DNA from: a virus
Virus record (IMG/VR): IMGVR_UViG_3300036772_000425
Coordinates: 74,924 to 138,923 of that record
Length of the DNA: 64,000 nucleotides
Strand: one strand, 5' to 3'
The notes beneath the pieces are model-generated. The model worked only from the letters and a program-made list of their open reading frames with translations, had not been told where the DNA came from and made no database searches. Positions 1 to 10,563 of the stretch are shown here, in pieces (within the stretch, counting starts at the first letter, position 1; the number at the start of each line of letters is the position of its first letter). Both the position numbers and the translations under genes were made by a program.

Positions 1-19
1 ACTTCCGTTCGGCACCACG

Positions 20-2590
20 TTGCAGGTCATCTCAGGTTCAGGTGGATCCGGATCGGATGTTTCTGCATCGTACGTCCTGGTCGGAGCGACCGGTTCCATT
101 CCAAACGGTAGGCAGATCGCGGCAGGTTCTGGCATCACCATCACCGACAACGGCCCCGGTTCGACGTTGATCATCGCAACCAGCGGGTCAGGTGGCGGAG
201 GAGGCGGAGGTACGGTCGATCCGTCGGCCCCGATCGTCGTCACCTTCCCAACATCATCCGTGCCCTCGGGTAGGACGTTGACGGGCAGCAACGGCATCCA
301 GGTGATCGACAACGGTGCTGGAAGCACGGTAGTCGTCAGCCTCCTGAACTTCACCACCGGGTACGCATGGACCGACGGCAACAACCGGATCAACACCACC
401 GGCAGCGTAGCCATCGATTCCCAAGGAAGGTTCGCGAACCAGCTCGGTACCGACGTCTACCTGTTCATCAGCGGCACGAACGGCACCGCTCAGGGCACTG
501 CTGGCCGAAAGGCCGCGGTGCTGCCCGACACCTTTGTTTCCGGAGCGCTGCAAGGAACCAACAGATTCAGCCTTGATTCGTTGGGCAGGTCGGCCGCCGC
601 GATCGGTTCTGACATCTTCATGTGGGTCTCGGGCACCCAGGGGCTGCAGGGTTCACAGGCCCGTAGGGCGGTCATGGGCGGCGATGTGGTGGTATCAGGG
701 TCAATCATGGCCTTGGGTCAGGGCGGGTTCACCGGCAGCCTGACCCAAACGTCGACCGGCAACCCGTACATCGTTGGGATCGGCGGCGTCTCCATCACCA
801 CCAACTCGCTGGGCCAGGTCCTGGTCAGCGGATCCGCAGGGTCCGGGGGCAGCAACAACTTCGTCACCATCATCCTGTCGGGCGTGGCAGCCCAGGGACA
901 GGCTGCGTACTCTGGGTTCACGTCAGCCTCCGTGCACTGGTTGGGTTCGTCCAGCTTCCAACCGTTCGAGGTGGCCCTGAACGCAGGCACCTTCACAGAC
1001 ACGATCAGTGCGAACGTTCTCCGCAGTGGATCAACGTTCACGCTGCTCAATGGAGGTCTGTACTGGTTCCATGCAAACTTCAATGCATCGGGCAGCGCAT
1101 CCTACACCACGCTGCGCTGGCGCAGCCCATCCGGGCAAAGCTTGGTCCGCACGACATATCGGGCAGGTAGCAACGACCAATCACCAATCAGCCTAGACGG
1201 GGTTTTCTCTGCCTCCATCGGTGATGTCTGGACGTTGGAGTACATCTCGTCAGGGACGGTCGCTCCCTGGACTGCATCGAACCCGATACCAACCGACGGC
1301 AGCATGGTCAGTGGAGAGGTCAGCATCTTCATGCTGCCCACCAACCCAGCTCCGACATCGTTCGTCCAGACGGGCAGCTACGTCCAGGGAGATGCCTTCG
1401 ATGTCATGTGGTGGCCCATGCACGAGGTGCAGGGACCGATCGCCTTCAACGTGGGCACGGGCGGAGCGTCGGGCCACCTGACAGCGAGCGCAAACACGGT
1501 CCGGTTCAACCAACCCGGTGCCATCCGGACGTCGGTGGGGCCCAACGTCGCTGGGACCACCACGAACAACTGGCTGGTGACAGCGAACCTGATCACCCCG
1601 CCCGTTTTCAACAGCAGCTCCTTCACTGTTTCAGCGTGGTGCAACCCCACGTCGTTCCCAGCAAGCACCTTCGCCAAGGTGGTTCACAAGGCGTACACCT
1701 CGTCGCAGGTCACCTGGAACTCCCCCTTCGATTCCCTGGGAATCCAGCTGCCCAGCACCTCGCCCGGCCAGGGGGCGTTGCAGTACTTCGTCAACATCAG
1801 TCCAACGTTGGGTTACTCCTTCCAGGCCAACGTCTCACACAGCCTCGGTCTGGGCACCTGGAACCATGTTGGATTGGCGTTCGATGCACCGAACGGGTTG
1901 ATGAGCTGCTACCTGAACGGGAACCTGATCGGCAAGACGGTCATCACAGGAACGGCTGACCACGCTGACACCTCCCAGAACGGTTGGTGGGCCGTGGGCG
2001 GCAATCCGGCCGACGCCACGAACGAGTACTGGCCAGGTTACATCGAGGATGTAAGGGTCGCAAGCACCGTCAGGTCTGCGGCATGGTTCACGCAGGTGTG
2101 GGCATCGGGACGCCCAGATGCATCACCGCAGTTCACCTTGACCGGATCGGGAGGTATGCCCAAGGCCCCGTTGTACCCGCTGCAGATGCTGGCCGGCACT
2201 GTCACAACCAACACAGCCATCAACACGAGCAAACAGTCTCTCGGGATGGGCTACTTCGATCCCAACATAATCCAGGGATTCGGCGGTTCCTCGCGCCGGT
2301 ACTGGTACCGCACTGTCATCGACGTGCAAAGCTTCGAGACCAACATGTCGGCCGCGGTGGACATCTACGATGTCAACGGCATCGTTTCCTTCCCACCGGG
2401 TATGATCAGTGCCAGCATCATGTCGACCTCCAACCCAACGGCCAACCAGTTACAGGTCGACCTGACCAGCATCCTGCAGACCATCACGGGCAGCGGCCTC
2501 TTCGAGGCGCGCCTGTGGAGGACAGTATCGGGCAGCACCAACTCGGTGGCCAACTGCCGTAATGCACGTATCGATGTGGAGTTCAGCTGA
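20..2590 (+). CDS. tail fibre / minor tail protein, Gly-Ser-rich N-terminus, C-terminal LamG/ConA-like lectin signature (5' end may lie upstream of the window; TTG start in ORF track)
   Basis: 856-aa ORF; repeated GSGGSG tracts; motif WNHVGLAFDAPNGLMSCYLNGNLIGK resembles LamG jelly-roll domains. Confidence 0.6.
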   Translation: MQVISGSGGSGSDVSASYVLVGATGSIPNGRQIAAGSGITITDNGPGSTLIIATSGSGGGGGGGTVDPSAPIVVTFPTSSVPSGRTLTGSNGIQVIDNGAGSTVVVSLLNFTTGYAWTDGNNRINTTGSVAIDSQGRFANQLGTDVYLFISGTNGTAQGTAGRKAAVLPDTFVSGALQGTNRFSLDSLGRSAAAIGSDIFMWVSGTQGLQGSQARRAVMGGDVVVSGSIMALGQGGFTGSLTQTSTGNPYIVGIGGVSITTNSLGQVLVSGSAGSGGSNNFVTIILSGVAAQGQAAYSGFTSASVHWLGSSSFQPFEVALNAGTFTDTISANVLRSGSTFTLLNGGLYWFHANFNASGSASYTTLRWRSPSGQSLVRTTYRAGSNDQSPISLDGVFSASIGDVWTLEYISSGTVAPWTASNPIPTDGSMVSGEVSIFMLPTNPAPTSFVQTGSYVQGDAFDVMWWPMHEVQGPIAFNVGTGGASGHLTASANTVRFNQPGAIRTSVGPNVAGTTTNNWLVTANLITPPVFNSSSFTVSAWCNPTSFPASTFAKVVHKAYTSSQVTWNSPFDSLGIQLPSTSPGQGALQYFVNISPTLGYSFQANVSHSLGLGTWNHVGLAFDAPNGLMSCYLNGNLIGKTVITGTADHADTSQNGWWAVGGNPADATNEYWPGYIEDVRVASTVRSAAWFTQVWASGRPDASPQFTLTGSGGMPKAPLYPLQMLAGTVTTNTAINTSKQSLGMGYFDPNIIQGFGGSSRRYWYRTVIDVQSFETNMSAAVDIYDVNGIVSFPPGMISASIMSTSNPTANQLQVDLTSILQTITGSGLFEARLWRTVSGSTNSVANCRNARIDVEFS

Positions 2591-3909
2591 TGCCGGGTGA
2601 TACGGGAATCGGAGCGATCGTGGGGACAGGCAGCCAGGGAGCGACCGACCTGTTCATCACGATGTACAAGTTCCTGGTCAGCAGCGGCTCCACGGTCGCC
2701 GGCATCAAGCTCATCGCCAACAATTTCGGTTCGGTGCCGGGTTCTGGGTTCAACTACTGGAACCAAACGAACCCAGTGGGCAACAATGCCTGGAGCGTCT
2801 TCTGCTTTACGTCAGCTTCGATCCCATTCTACATGCTGCTGCAGTTCGGTACCAGTTCCATCGGTTCTTCGGAAGGCGGAGTCATCGGGCAACCACCGGG
2901 CAATCCCGGCAGCGCGACGAACAATGCATCGAACTACACCCAGAACGGGGGAGTCGGGATCCAGTTCGCCATGCGCTCTGACGGGGGCAACCCGTGGACG
3001 GGCACGACGGGTGCTCTGGGGGCTGACACGAAGAGCAACCCAGTGTGGACAACGGGCAGCAACTACTTCGATCCTGCGGCGGCATTCGTCTGGCCGCGCT
3101 GCAATTCGGTCAGCGGATCAGGGGCGGTGACATTGACCAGCGGCAGCCGTGCAGTCTGCCTCACCATCGCACCGCAGGCGTACATGAACGGAATTAACGC
3201 AAGCGGGATGCGCTTGCACCTCGCGTGCAACTTCGATAACATCGCAATCGCACGTGACATGTTCAGCACGGTCGGAAACTACAACTACATGTGGTTCGGC
3301 AAGTACACCACCTTCACGGGAAGCTGGCCGCAGAACAGCTCGTCAGTTGCACCAGCGGTGCCCTATGCCATGCTGTGGCGGGAACTTGAGAACGCAAGTC
3401 CCACCATCGCGGTGGGCACCGCGAACGTGTACGGTTCCACCAGCGGTGATTCTGAGAGGGAGGGCGGCATCGCGCATCCTTTCCTCAGTGGGCAGGTGGT
3501 GGGATGTTCTGTGGATGCTCCTGCGAACCTGATGGCATTCAATGCAGGCTACCAACCCAACACCATGTACAGCACGCCCCTAACGTACGATGAGTTCCCA
3601 ATGGTGCTCTACATCAATGAGGTGCTGGCACCTGATCGCGGAGGGTCGACGCCTCCGTTGCCTCCCGGAGCGTTGATGGGCCAGACCGACTACCTGAGGT
3701 TCAACTACGGGTTGTTCGTGGGTGACATCGGTTCAGGCTCCAACGGGGTGACGGCAGATGCGTCCGTAGGTTCACTTCGGATCGTGTTGGGAAGCAGCCC
3801 GACCACGGCCAACGTGTCCAAGTACAGCTTCCCATGGAGCCAGAACATCAAGGACAGCTTCCTGTCGGGCGGGAGCGGCTCAGGTTCTCGCACGGGTTCC
3901 TACTTTTGA
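2590..3909 (+). CDS. tail fibre/receptor-binding-like protein, paralog 1 of 3
   Basis: 439 aa; shares motifs FYMLLQ and DTKSNPVWTTGS...WPRCNS with the next two ORFs; start overlaps upstream stop. Confidence 0.55.
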   Translation: MPGDTGIGAIVGTGSQGATDLFITMYKFLVSSGSTVAGIKLIANNFGSVPGSGFNYWNQTNPVGNNAWSVFCFTSASIPFYMLLQFGTSSIGSSEGGVIGQPPGNPGSATNNASNYTQNGGVGIQFAMRSDGGNPWTGTTGALGADTKSNPVWTTGSNYFDPAAAFVWPRCNSVSGSGAVTLTSGSRAVCLTIAPQAYMNGINASGMRLHLACNFDNIAIARDMFSTVGNYNYMWFGKYTTFTGSWPQNSSSVAPAVPYAMLWRELENASPTIAVGTANVYGSTSGDSEREGGIAHPFLSGQVVGCSVDAPANLMAFNAGYQPNTMYSTPLTYDEFPMVLYINEVLAPDRGGSTPPLPPGALMGQTDYLRFNYGLFVGDIGSGSNGVTADASVGSLRIVLGSSPTTANVSKYSFPWSQNIKDSFLSGGSGSGSRTGSYF

Positions 3910-3921
3910 GAGGGTGCTAGC

Positions 3922-5076
3922 ATGGCCGTCCATGGAAGAATTGAGATCAGGATAGATTCAGGGTCGACAGCGAGCACCGATTTCTTCGTCACGCTCCACA
4001 ACTTCCTGCTCGGGCTGCCAGGCGTCACCAGGATCGCCAGCAGCAACGGGTCGGGCGGCACCGGGATCGACTACCGCGACGCACCGACGACGATCGGCAC
4101 CAACGCCTTCGCCGTTTTCAGGTTCGGAAACGCACAGATCCCATTCTATGTCCTGATCCAGTGCGTCAACACCACTGGTTCCGGGACCGCGATCGCAACG
4201 CCAGGAAACTTCTCAACGTACCCTGGTGGTGGTACCACCAGCTTCGGTGTGATGATCGCAATCGCTCAGCGCCTTGACGGCACGAGTCCCTGGGCGGGCA
4301 CCACCACCAACAACGGAACTGACACCAAGAGCTCTCCGGTCTGGACCCCGGGGACCAGCGCGTTGAGCGTCTTCCCAAGGGCGAACGCGGTCGGTGGCGC
4401 TTTCGCCACCAACAGGGAGGCGATGATGATGCTGAACACCGTCAACCTGGGTTCCACCGAGGCGGACCAGGACATCTTTGCGTTCGGGATGCGTGCTCAG
4501 TTCCTGGCCGACGACGATAGTCTGATGATCATGCAGGATCGATCGTCCGACGGTAGCTTCGCCTGGTTCTTCTTCGGACGCTACACCCCCCGGCCGGGCC
4601 TGTCGATCCAGGCGCCCTACGTTTGCCTGCAGCAGCAGAACGGTACCAACGATCCGATCGTACCGTCGTACACGTGGGGATCGACGACCCAGTCGACATC
4701 ATTGACCTGGGTTTCATCAGGTGACGGTGGGATCGCTCACCCAGTCGTTGCCTCCGGCGTCAAGATCGTTGCTACCGATGGCACCAACACCATGTTCAAT
4801 TCCGTGCAGTACAGTCCGAACCGGGCGAGCGGCACAGCCGGTAGGTTCGACCTGGTCCCAGTCTACGTTGTGATCAATGAAACCCCGAACATCGGGTTCC
4901 TGGGAACCATTCCTTTCTTTCGCACAGCCTACAACCTTCCACCGATGTACCTGTCACCGGACAGGAAGCTTGCTGCGTTCGGGAACGGTAGCATCTCATC
5001 CGGGAAGATTGTGGTTCCATGGGATGGGATCACAGCACCCAACAGCGGCATCAACCGGCAGGGCATCAGCTTCTAG
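3922..5076 (+). CDS. tail fibre/receptor-binding-like protein, paralog 2 of 3
   Basis: 384 aa; motifs FYVLIQ, DTKSSPVWTPG shared with its neighbours. Confidence 0.55.
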   Translation: MAVHGRIEIRIDSGSTASTDFFVTLHNFLLGLPGVTRIASSNGSGGTGIDYRDAPTTIGTNAFAVFRFGNAQIPFYVLIQCVNTTGSGTAIATPGNFSTYPGGGTTSFGVMIAIAQRLDGTSPWAGTTTNNGTDTKSSPVWTPGTSALSVFPRANAVGGAFATNREAMMMLNTVNLGSTEADQDIFAFGMRAQFLADDDSLMIMQDRSSDGSFAWFFFGRYTPRPGLSIQAPYVCLQQQNGTNDPIVPSYTWGSTTQSTSLTWVSSGDGGIAHPVVASGVKIVATDGTNTMFNSVQYSPNRASGTAGRFDLVPVYVVINETPNIGFLGTIPFFRTAYNLPPMYLSPDRKLAAFGNGSISSGKIVVPWDGITAPNSGINRQGISF

Positions 5077-5085
5077 GACAACACC

Positions 5086-6393
5086 ATGACCACAAAATGG
5101 CTTTGGGACGCGAGGATGGGTTACTCCTCAAACAGTTCTAGCGATGCTCGTTCAGAACAGGAGGTTTTTGTCAGGTTCTCCAAGTTCCTTGACAACGCCA
5201 CCGCCCTGGGTGTCACAAGGATCGCATCGTGTTACGGGTTGAACCAGTCCGGAACACTGAACCTGGGCACCTCTCCCCCCATCGCGTTGAACGGTCAGGG
5301 CCTGGGATACTGGGACGAGGCTAACAACGCTGGGATCAATGCCTTCGTCGTCTACCAGTTCGCAAACGCCACCGTTCCGTTCTACGTGTTGCTGCAATGG
5401 TCGTTGTTCGACACATCGTCACCACCTCATAACTTCGGTACCGCCCCTGGGGCGCCGGGCTCTCACCCAGACACCTCCTGGGCCGGTGTCGGGATCCAAA
5501 TTGCACTGCGTCCGGACGGTACCAACCCGTGGGGCGGTACCACCAGGAACAATGGGTTCGATGTCAAGTCGAACCCGGTCTGGACGACTGGGAGCACCGG
5601 TACGCTCTTCGTGTGGCCCAGGTGCAATTCTCCGGGCGGTGCACTGTACAACGGTAGCCGGGCAGCATGCTCGGCCATCACCAATGCATCATTGGCCGAC
5701 GGGGGAACCCCCATCAGGCACAGGTTGACGTTGATCATTGATGAGAACAACATCTTCAGCAGCAGCGATTTCCGGGCCCAACAGAACCACGACATCTTCT
5801 TCTTCGGCAAGTACACGCCGTTGAGCGGTACGGTCGCACCTGTGCCGTACTTCAGCTTCTCAGACGGCAACGATCCGCCCTTTGCGACCAACACCGTCTT
5901 CGGTTCAATGACACCAGCCTCAGGATCAGGGATCAGGGACGGAGGGGTGGCATTACCATCCATGGGCCCAAGCGGGACAGTTTCTGGTTTTGCCTACGAC
6001 GTGGCAGACCCAGCCAACTTCTTCAACCGTTTCTTCATGGGGTACATGGACGCAGCCAACACCGGTTCCAACACCCCATCCCTGACGGGTACGTTCAACG
6101 GATCGTTGAACCCAGGGGCAGGTGTCATGCTGGAGCGCCCCATGTTGATCTACTCTGATGAAGCCGCAGCGTCGGGCCCGGTGCCGTTCAACGGTCTGAT
6201 CGGCTATAGCACCGATTTTCTGAGGTTTGCGCATCCAAGTTCGCAGACATTGACCACCCTGTCCGGAGCGACAAGGTTGATCGTGGGCAACATGCTGAAT
6301 GCCGGCGGTGTCGCCGGCAAGTTCACCGTACCGTTCACGTCCTCGCTCGGACCCATGGGAATAGCCTGGAACCGGAACGGGATCGAGATCTGA
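5086..6393 (+). CDS. tail fibre/receptor-binding-like protein, paralog 3 of 3
   Basis: 435 aa; motifs FYVLLQW, DVKSNPVWTTGS, WPRCNSPGG shared with paralogs 1 and 2. Confidence 0.55.
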   Translation: MTTKWLWDARMGYSSNSSSDARSEQEVFVRFSKFLDNATALGVTRIASCYGLNQSGTLNLGTSPPIALNGQGLGYWDEANNAGINAFVVYQFANATVPFYVLLQWSLFDTSSPPHNFGTAPGAPGSHPDTSWAGVGIQIALRPDGTNPWGGTTRNNGFDVKSNPVWTTGSTGTLFVWPRCNSPGGALYNGSRAACSAITNASLADGGTPIRHRLTLIIDENNIFSSSDFRAQQNHDIFFFGKYTPLSGTVAPVPYFSFSDGNDPPFATNTVFGSMTPASGSGIRDGGVALPSMGPSGTVSGFAYDVADPANFFNRFFMGYMDAANTGSNTPSLTGTFNGSLNPGAGVMLERPMLIYSDEAAASGPVPFNGLIGYSTDFLRFAHPSSQTLTTLSGATRLIVGNMLNAGGVAGKFTVPFTSSLGPMGIAWNRNGIEI

Positions 6394-6399
6394 GGAACC

Positions 6400-6891
6400 A
6401 TGGCGACGGTCATCCTCGTCAACAACACCAACTTCATCAGCGGTACTACCGTCGCGTGGAACAGCGATCCGGCCCTTGCGCCGCTGACTCAAGGTTCGGT
6501 TGCGAACTTGGGAACTGTTCGGGGCTACGGATCGCCCATGGTCGACATCTCAAGCTCGTTCGAAACAGGCTACATCGTTCCAAGCAGTAGCATCTACGTG
6601 CCCTGGATCTCGGGCAGCCTCGCCGACATCTCCAGCTCCTTCAGCCTGCTGGGTTTCAGCCTGGGTTCCGGTTTTTTCTTCCAGAACTCCGTCGGTGCTA
6701 GCTTCATCCTTGCTGGAGATTTTTCATCGATCTCGAACGCCAACGCGACCACCTACATCATCAGGGGCTTCTACCTCGGTTCTGGGCAGTACGAATACTG
6801 GGAAAGTCCCACCAGGACTAGCAGCCCGCCCAGCGGACATTCCTTGATAGAGGTGACGGTCGTCGGTGAGATCAAGGGTGGATCGGGCTGA
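6400..6891 (+). CDS. hypothetical structural protein, Ser/Gly-rich
   Basis: 163-aa ORF continuing the plus-strand block; GGAAC 6 nt upstream. Confidence 0.4.
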   Translation: MATVILVNNTNFISGTTVAWNSDPALAPLTQGSVANLGTVRGYGSPMVDISSSFETGYIVPSSSIYVPWISGSLADISSSFSLLGFSLGSGFFFQNSVGASFILAGDFSSISNANATTYIIRGFYLGSGQYEYWESPTRTSSPPSGHSLIEVTVVGEIKGGSG

Positions 6892-7116
6892 CTGGGACGA
6901 CCTGCAGCACAGGAGCCTGCTGCAGGAGATGCTCCAAGAAAAGCTCGTCTGCGGTCGCCGGGCCCCGTGCAGGGTCGTGTTCAGGTTCCGTTCGATCGTC
7001 CACGACGCCAGAGTCCCCGAACAGGTCAATGATGATTTGTCCCATGTGCCCCTCCTGTCATAGCTATCCTGTTCCTCTTGAACAGATCGAACGGCCGTCG
7101 CAGACCGCTCGTTAAT

Positions 7117-8382
7117 TCAGGTCTCCTTTGAGGTGGAAGTCACCAACATGCAATCGATGATTACATCGAGTGACTTGTCGGACAGCTTCCCAGCATCGCA
7201 GGTCTGCCGAATCCAGGTCCGGACGTTGGGGCTTCGACCCTCCCAGATGTTGAAGTAGGGGGCACACCAGGTGCCGCTGGCGAGAACCAGCTCCGCGAAC
7301 CGCTTCCGGGAACCCTGAGCCTCCTTCCGAGCAGATTCGAACACCTCGTCAGCGTGGCGACAGTACTCCCGGTACTCGTCCTGCATCTTCAGGATGCGAT
7401 CTCCCACGTCCTTCGGGATCAGGGGCACGATGTCGTCAGCCTTCTCCAGGATCACAGCCATCAGAGCGTTGCGAGGCGAGGCCGTGACGCTGTCCTTCGA
7501 CCGATGCGCCAGAACGTACGCCTCGCTCTTCAGCTTGATCCTGCGGAAGTGAGAATCGCACACTACAGCACCTTCCAACTCGCTGGGACTGATCGAGTTG
7601 ACGAACGCCGCGAGCACAACAGCGCTGGAGATGGGCCATGATCGCGGACGACGAACGTGCTCCATTCGGATCGAATCGAGCGGTACCTCCTTGCCGCTCG
7701 GCAGGTGCCGCGCTGCGAGCAGGTAGGCACGAGGTTCAGGGTATGAAACCACGATCTGATTGTGGGGTGAGACAAGCTCGAAGACATAGGTCATCTCCTT
7801 GCTGAGATGCACCACCTTGTCCGGACCGTCGACAGACCAGTCCACCGGCTTCCCCGACAGTTCCTCACGGGTCATGATGAGAGCCTTGAGGAAGAGCTGC
7901 GAGAAGGTGGAATCTCCGATCACCAGGTCGTTCGGGTGGATGGGCAGGTCAGCCTCCGACACCGACCTGGTAGCACTGCACCAGGTGCCCTTCGTAGGAT
8001 CCCAGTAGACGATGATGCAGGTGCCGTCCACCTTCTCGTACACCCGGAGTTCAGGATCAGCCCAATCGACCTTCGCGGCTGAAAAATCGCCGTGGTTGTA
8101 GAACCTGCACATGGGCCAAGCCAGGACCTCGGTCCGACCGACAGGCACCAACTTCCAACCATCACGATCGGTGTGCCACACCGCAGAATCAGGTTCGGGA
8201 CGAATGACCAACCCACGACACTGCTCTGACAGCGGATCCCCGCTGCGTGACATGATCTGATCGTAGTTGCAGGAAAACTTGCTGAAATCAGAACTGGGTC
8301 GGGCGCACACTCCGTGCGCATCCTCGAGCTCCTTGAATGAGTGGGTTCGCAGGAATTCCTGGACAAGGAGGTTGGGTGCCAT
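7117..8382 (-). CDS. RNA ligase, Rnl1-like nucleotidyltransferase
   Basis: 421 aa; motif I EKVDGT near residue 118, as in T4 Rnl1-type ligases; sits in the tRNA/RNA-repair gene context. Confidence 0.55.
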   Translation of the reverse strand: MAPNLLVQEFLRTHSFKELEDAHGVCARPSSDFSKFSCNYDQIMSRSGDPLSEQCRGLVIRPEPDSAVWHTDRDGWKLVPVGRTEVLAWPMCRFYNHGDFSAAKVDWADPELRVYEKVDGTCIIVYWDPTKGTWCSATRSVSEADLPIHPNDLVIGDSTFSQLFLKALIMTREELSGKPVDWSVDGPDKVVHLSKEMTYVFELVSPHNQIVVSYPEPRAYLLAARHLPSGKEVPLDSIRMEHVRRPRSWPISSAVVLAAFVNSISPSELEGAVVCDSHFRRIKLKSEAYVLAHRSKDSVTASPRNALMAVILEKADDIVPLIPKDVGDRILKMQDEYREYCRHADEVFESARKEAQGSRKRFAELVLASGTWCAPYFNIWEGRSPNVRTWIRQTCDAGKLSDKSLDVIIDCMLVTSTSKET

Positions 8383-8419
8383 GCATGGCTTATACCTCCC
8401 TCCTTCCTAGACTACATCC

Positions 8420-8845
8420 TCAATCCTCAGCTTCGTTGTCCTTGAAGAGGCTCGGAAGGTCCAACCTTGCCTCTGCGTCGTCGATCGGCACCACTTCGAT
8501 GTCATTGTCAACGTACCTGCGCATCGGCAGCAACCCGCCTGAGACCCAACCGGTGTGCACCGTCACCGACAGCCCAGCCGAGTTCTTGGATTTCTGTGCA
8601 AGCCCCAACCTGATCAGATCGAGTCGTTTATGACGCTGGTTGTCCTCGTACGAGTACTCGAAACCGCGGAGCTCTGCTTCGATGAAATCACCCGGTTCGA
8701 GCAGGATCTCGTTCAGTTCAGGGATGACCGACTGCTCACCCTGTTCCATGGAGCACAGCCAGACGTACAGCGCTTCTGACGTGGGGAACAGGTACAGCTT
8801 CTTCCCATGGGAAGTGGGTCGTAGGGTGATCTTGACTTTTCGCAT
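8420..8845 (-). CDS. hypothetical protein
   Basis: 141-aa ORF in the minus-strand operon. Confidence 0.4.
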   Translation of the reverse strand: MRKVKITLRPTSHGKKLYLFPTSEALYVWLCSMEQGEQSVIPELNEILLEPGDFIEAELRGFEYSYEDNQRHKRLDLIRLGLAQKSKNSAGLSVTVHTGWVSGGLLPMRRYVDNDIEVVPIDDAEARLDLPSLFKDNEAED

Positions 8846-9195
8846 CAGTGGTACTCCGCACCGTCGTGCTTCTTGAGTTCGGTGACATGGTCATCCAGGC
8901 GCCGGATGTGTTCAGCGTTCGGAAGATCGAGCCAATCATCTTCCCGTGAGAGTTCTTGCGCTGTCAGACCCTTCGAGGCCTTGACGATGATCTCCGCGGC
9001 GTGTCGATCGCAGTACTGCACCGGCAATTTCGGATGAGAGATCGTCGCAGGCGATGAACACTCCATGCCGCACCTGGGAACAACTCCCATGATGATACGT
9101 GCATGATCGGAAGCTGCGTTGAGCAGAAGGTTGATCAACGTGGCATTTCGAAGGATGGCCTTCGCCATCAACCTGTTCTCATTGTCGTTGGTCAT
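8845..9195 (-). CDS. hypothetical protein
   Basis: 116-aa ORF; stop overlaps the next gene's start. Confidence 0.35.
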   Translation of the reverse strand: MTNDNENRLMAKAILRNATLINLLLNAASDHARIIMGVVPRCGMECSSPATISHPKLPVQYCDRHAAEIIVKASKGLTAQELSREDDWLDLPNAEHIRRLDDHVTELKKHDGAEYH

Positions 9196-9304
9196 CGAAT
9201 TTGTAGGTCCGTCCGGAGTTGCACCGGACTACGGAACTCTATAACAGCTCCTGGGTCGACTGGTCCCACGGACCCGGATCGACCCTGTATGTTCACGTCT
9301 ACCA

Positions 9305-10006
9305 TCACATCAACGATCGCAGGAGGTCCTTGTTGTCACCGCAATACGTATGTAGCTTGTCGAGCCAGACTCGAGACTTCTGCTTGAACATGATGGGCAT
9401 CTTTGTTCGTTTGTCGTTGGTTCCCTTGCACACCACGCCCTCGAATGTCATCCCAGGTAGTTGAGAACCCCTGACGCTCTCAATGAACTCTGGAGTACAT
9501 GGACCGTTGTACAGGACACGTGCATGGTCCATGTCACCGACGAGCCTGAGGTACCGGTCGGGTTCTAGGAGACCCTGGTTGAACGGTGCCACATCGAACA
9601 GCGTAACATCGAGCGTCTCGTTGAGGTCGTGCATGCCGGCGAACGATGAGGGCCCACAAAGTTCAAAGAAACACATGGCTCGCTGGTGACCCGCATCCTT
9701 CAGTGCTTTCGCAAGCGATTCTCCGTATTTGGTGGTCACCAGGTCGGGCGCGCGACCAAAGATGGGATCGGTTGCATCGACCAGTCGATGCCGAGTGCCG
9801 AACTTGTGCCAACCCTTCTTGCTGGTCCATTCTGCCCTGATGTTGCTGCCGTCCAGCTTGTCAAATGCCACGATCGGAACACGTGACTCTGTTGCGTACG
9901 AGATGCTGGGGTAAGTCTTCACAATGTTCTCCGGTTCATGGCGCTCATCTAGCTCGAAAGCGAGCTTCGGATCGCGTCGCCTGTGGTGTTCACGGATCAC
10001 GTCCAC
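9305..10006 (-). CDS. minimal ATP-dependent ligase (nucleotidyltransferase, KxDG...EGxVxK)
   Basis: 233 aa; motif I FDKLDGSN and motif V EGVVCK of covalent nucleotidyltransferase ligases. Confidence 0.55.
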   Translation of the reverse strand: MDVIREHHRRRDPKLAFELDERHEPENIVKTYPSISYATESRVPIVAFDKLDGSNIRAEWTSKKGWHKFGTRHRLVDATDPIFGRAPDLVTTKYGESLAKALKDAGHQRAMCFFELCGPSSFAGMHDLNETLDVTLFDVAPFNQGLLEPDRYLRLVGDMDHARVLYNGPCTPEFIESVRGSQLPGMTFEGVVCKGTNDKRTKMPIMFKQKSRVWLDKLHTYCGDNKDLLRSLM

Positions 10007-10563
10007 GTCTCCGAACTACCGATGTTCTCCCAGCTGCACAACCCGACAAGTTCATCGCGCCATTCGTCCACCTTCATGTCAGCGAGCGACCCCAACCTGG
10101 CTCGCCAGTTGGCCCGATCCCAACCGAAGGTGTCCCACACGTACGTCTCGAACCCAGTGAGCGGGTTCCCGTTCAGATCGTGCAACCACTCTCCGTGAAC
10201 TCTGTCGTTGAGATGCGCTGGAAGGTACTGAATTTTGCATGTTCCATCGTACAGCGGCCGGGTGCTCAGTTCATCGAGCAGTTCGACGAACGTGAGTTCC
10301 GGATGCACCATCAGATCATCAGCCAGCATGAATTCAGAGAACCCAGACAGGTCATGATCCTGGAAGCTGCCGTAGTACCCCACAACGTAATCGGGCGCCC
10401 GGCACCAAGCGTTCTGTGCCAACCAACCGTTCGTCTGGTCCTCTTGCCAGTCGGCCATCCCAGATTCAGTGAGTTGGTAGAAAGGTTGCAGTAGTTCGGA
10501 GACGCGTGGATACACGTCACGACATCGAACCGGCAACCAACAGACGCCGCCGTCAGCTCCCAT
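9997..10563 (-). CDS. hypothetical protein
   Basis: 188-aa ORF; 10-nt overlap with the downstream ligase gene suggests one operon. Confidence 0.4.
   Translation of the reverse strand: MGADGGVCWLPVRCRDVYPRVSELLQPFYQLTESGMADWQEDQTNGWLAQNAWCRAPDYVVGYYGSFQDHDLSGFSEFMLADDLMVHPELTFVELLDELSTRPLYDGTCKIQYLPAHLNDRVHGEWLHDLNGNPLTGFETYVWDTFGWDRANWRARLGSLADMKVDEWRDELVGLCSWENIGSSETWT

Noticed and set aside
254-2766. Many 60-190-aa ORFs in other frames and on the opposite strand inside the 856-aa tail-fibre gene
   Set aside because: They are fully nested in a long continuous ORF in GC-rich sequence and have Arg/Pro-rich translations typical of shadow frames.
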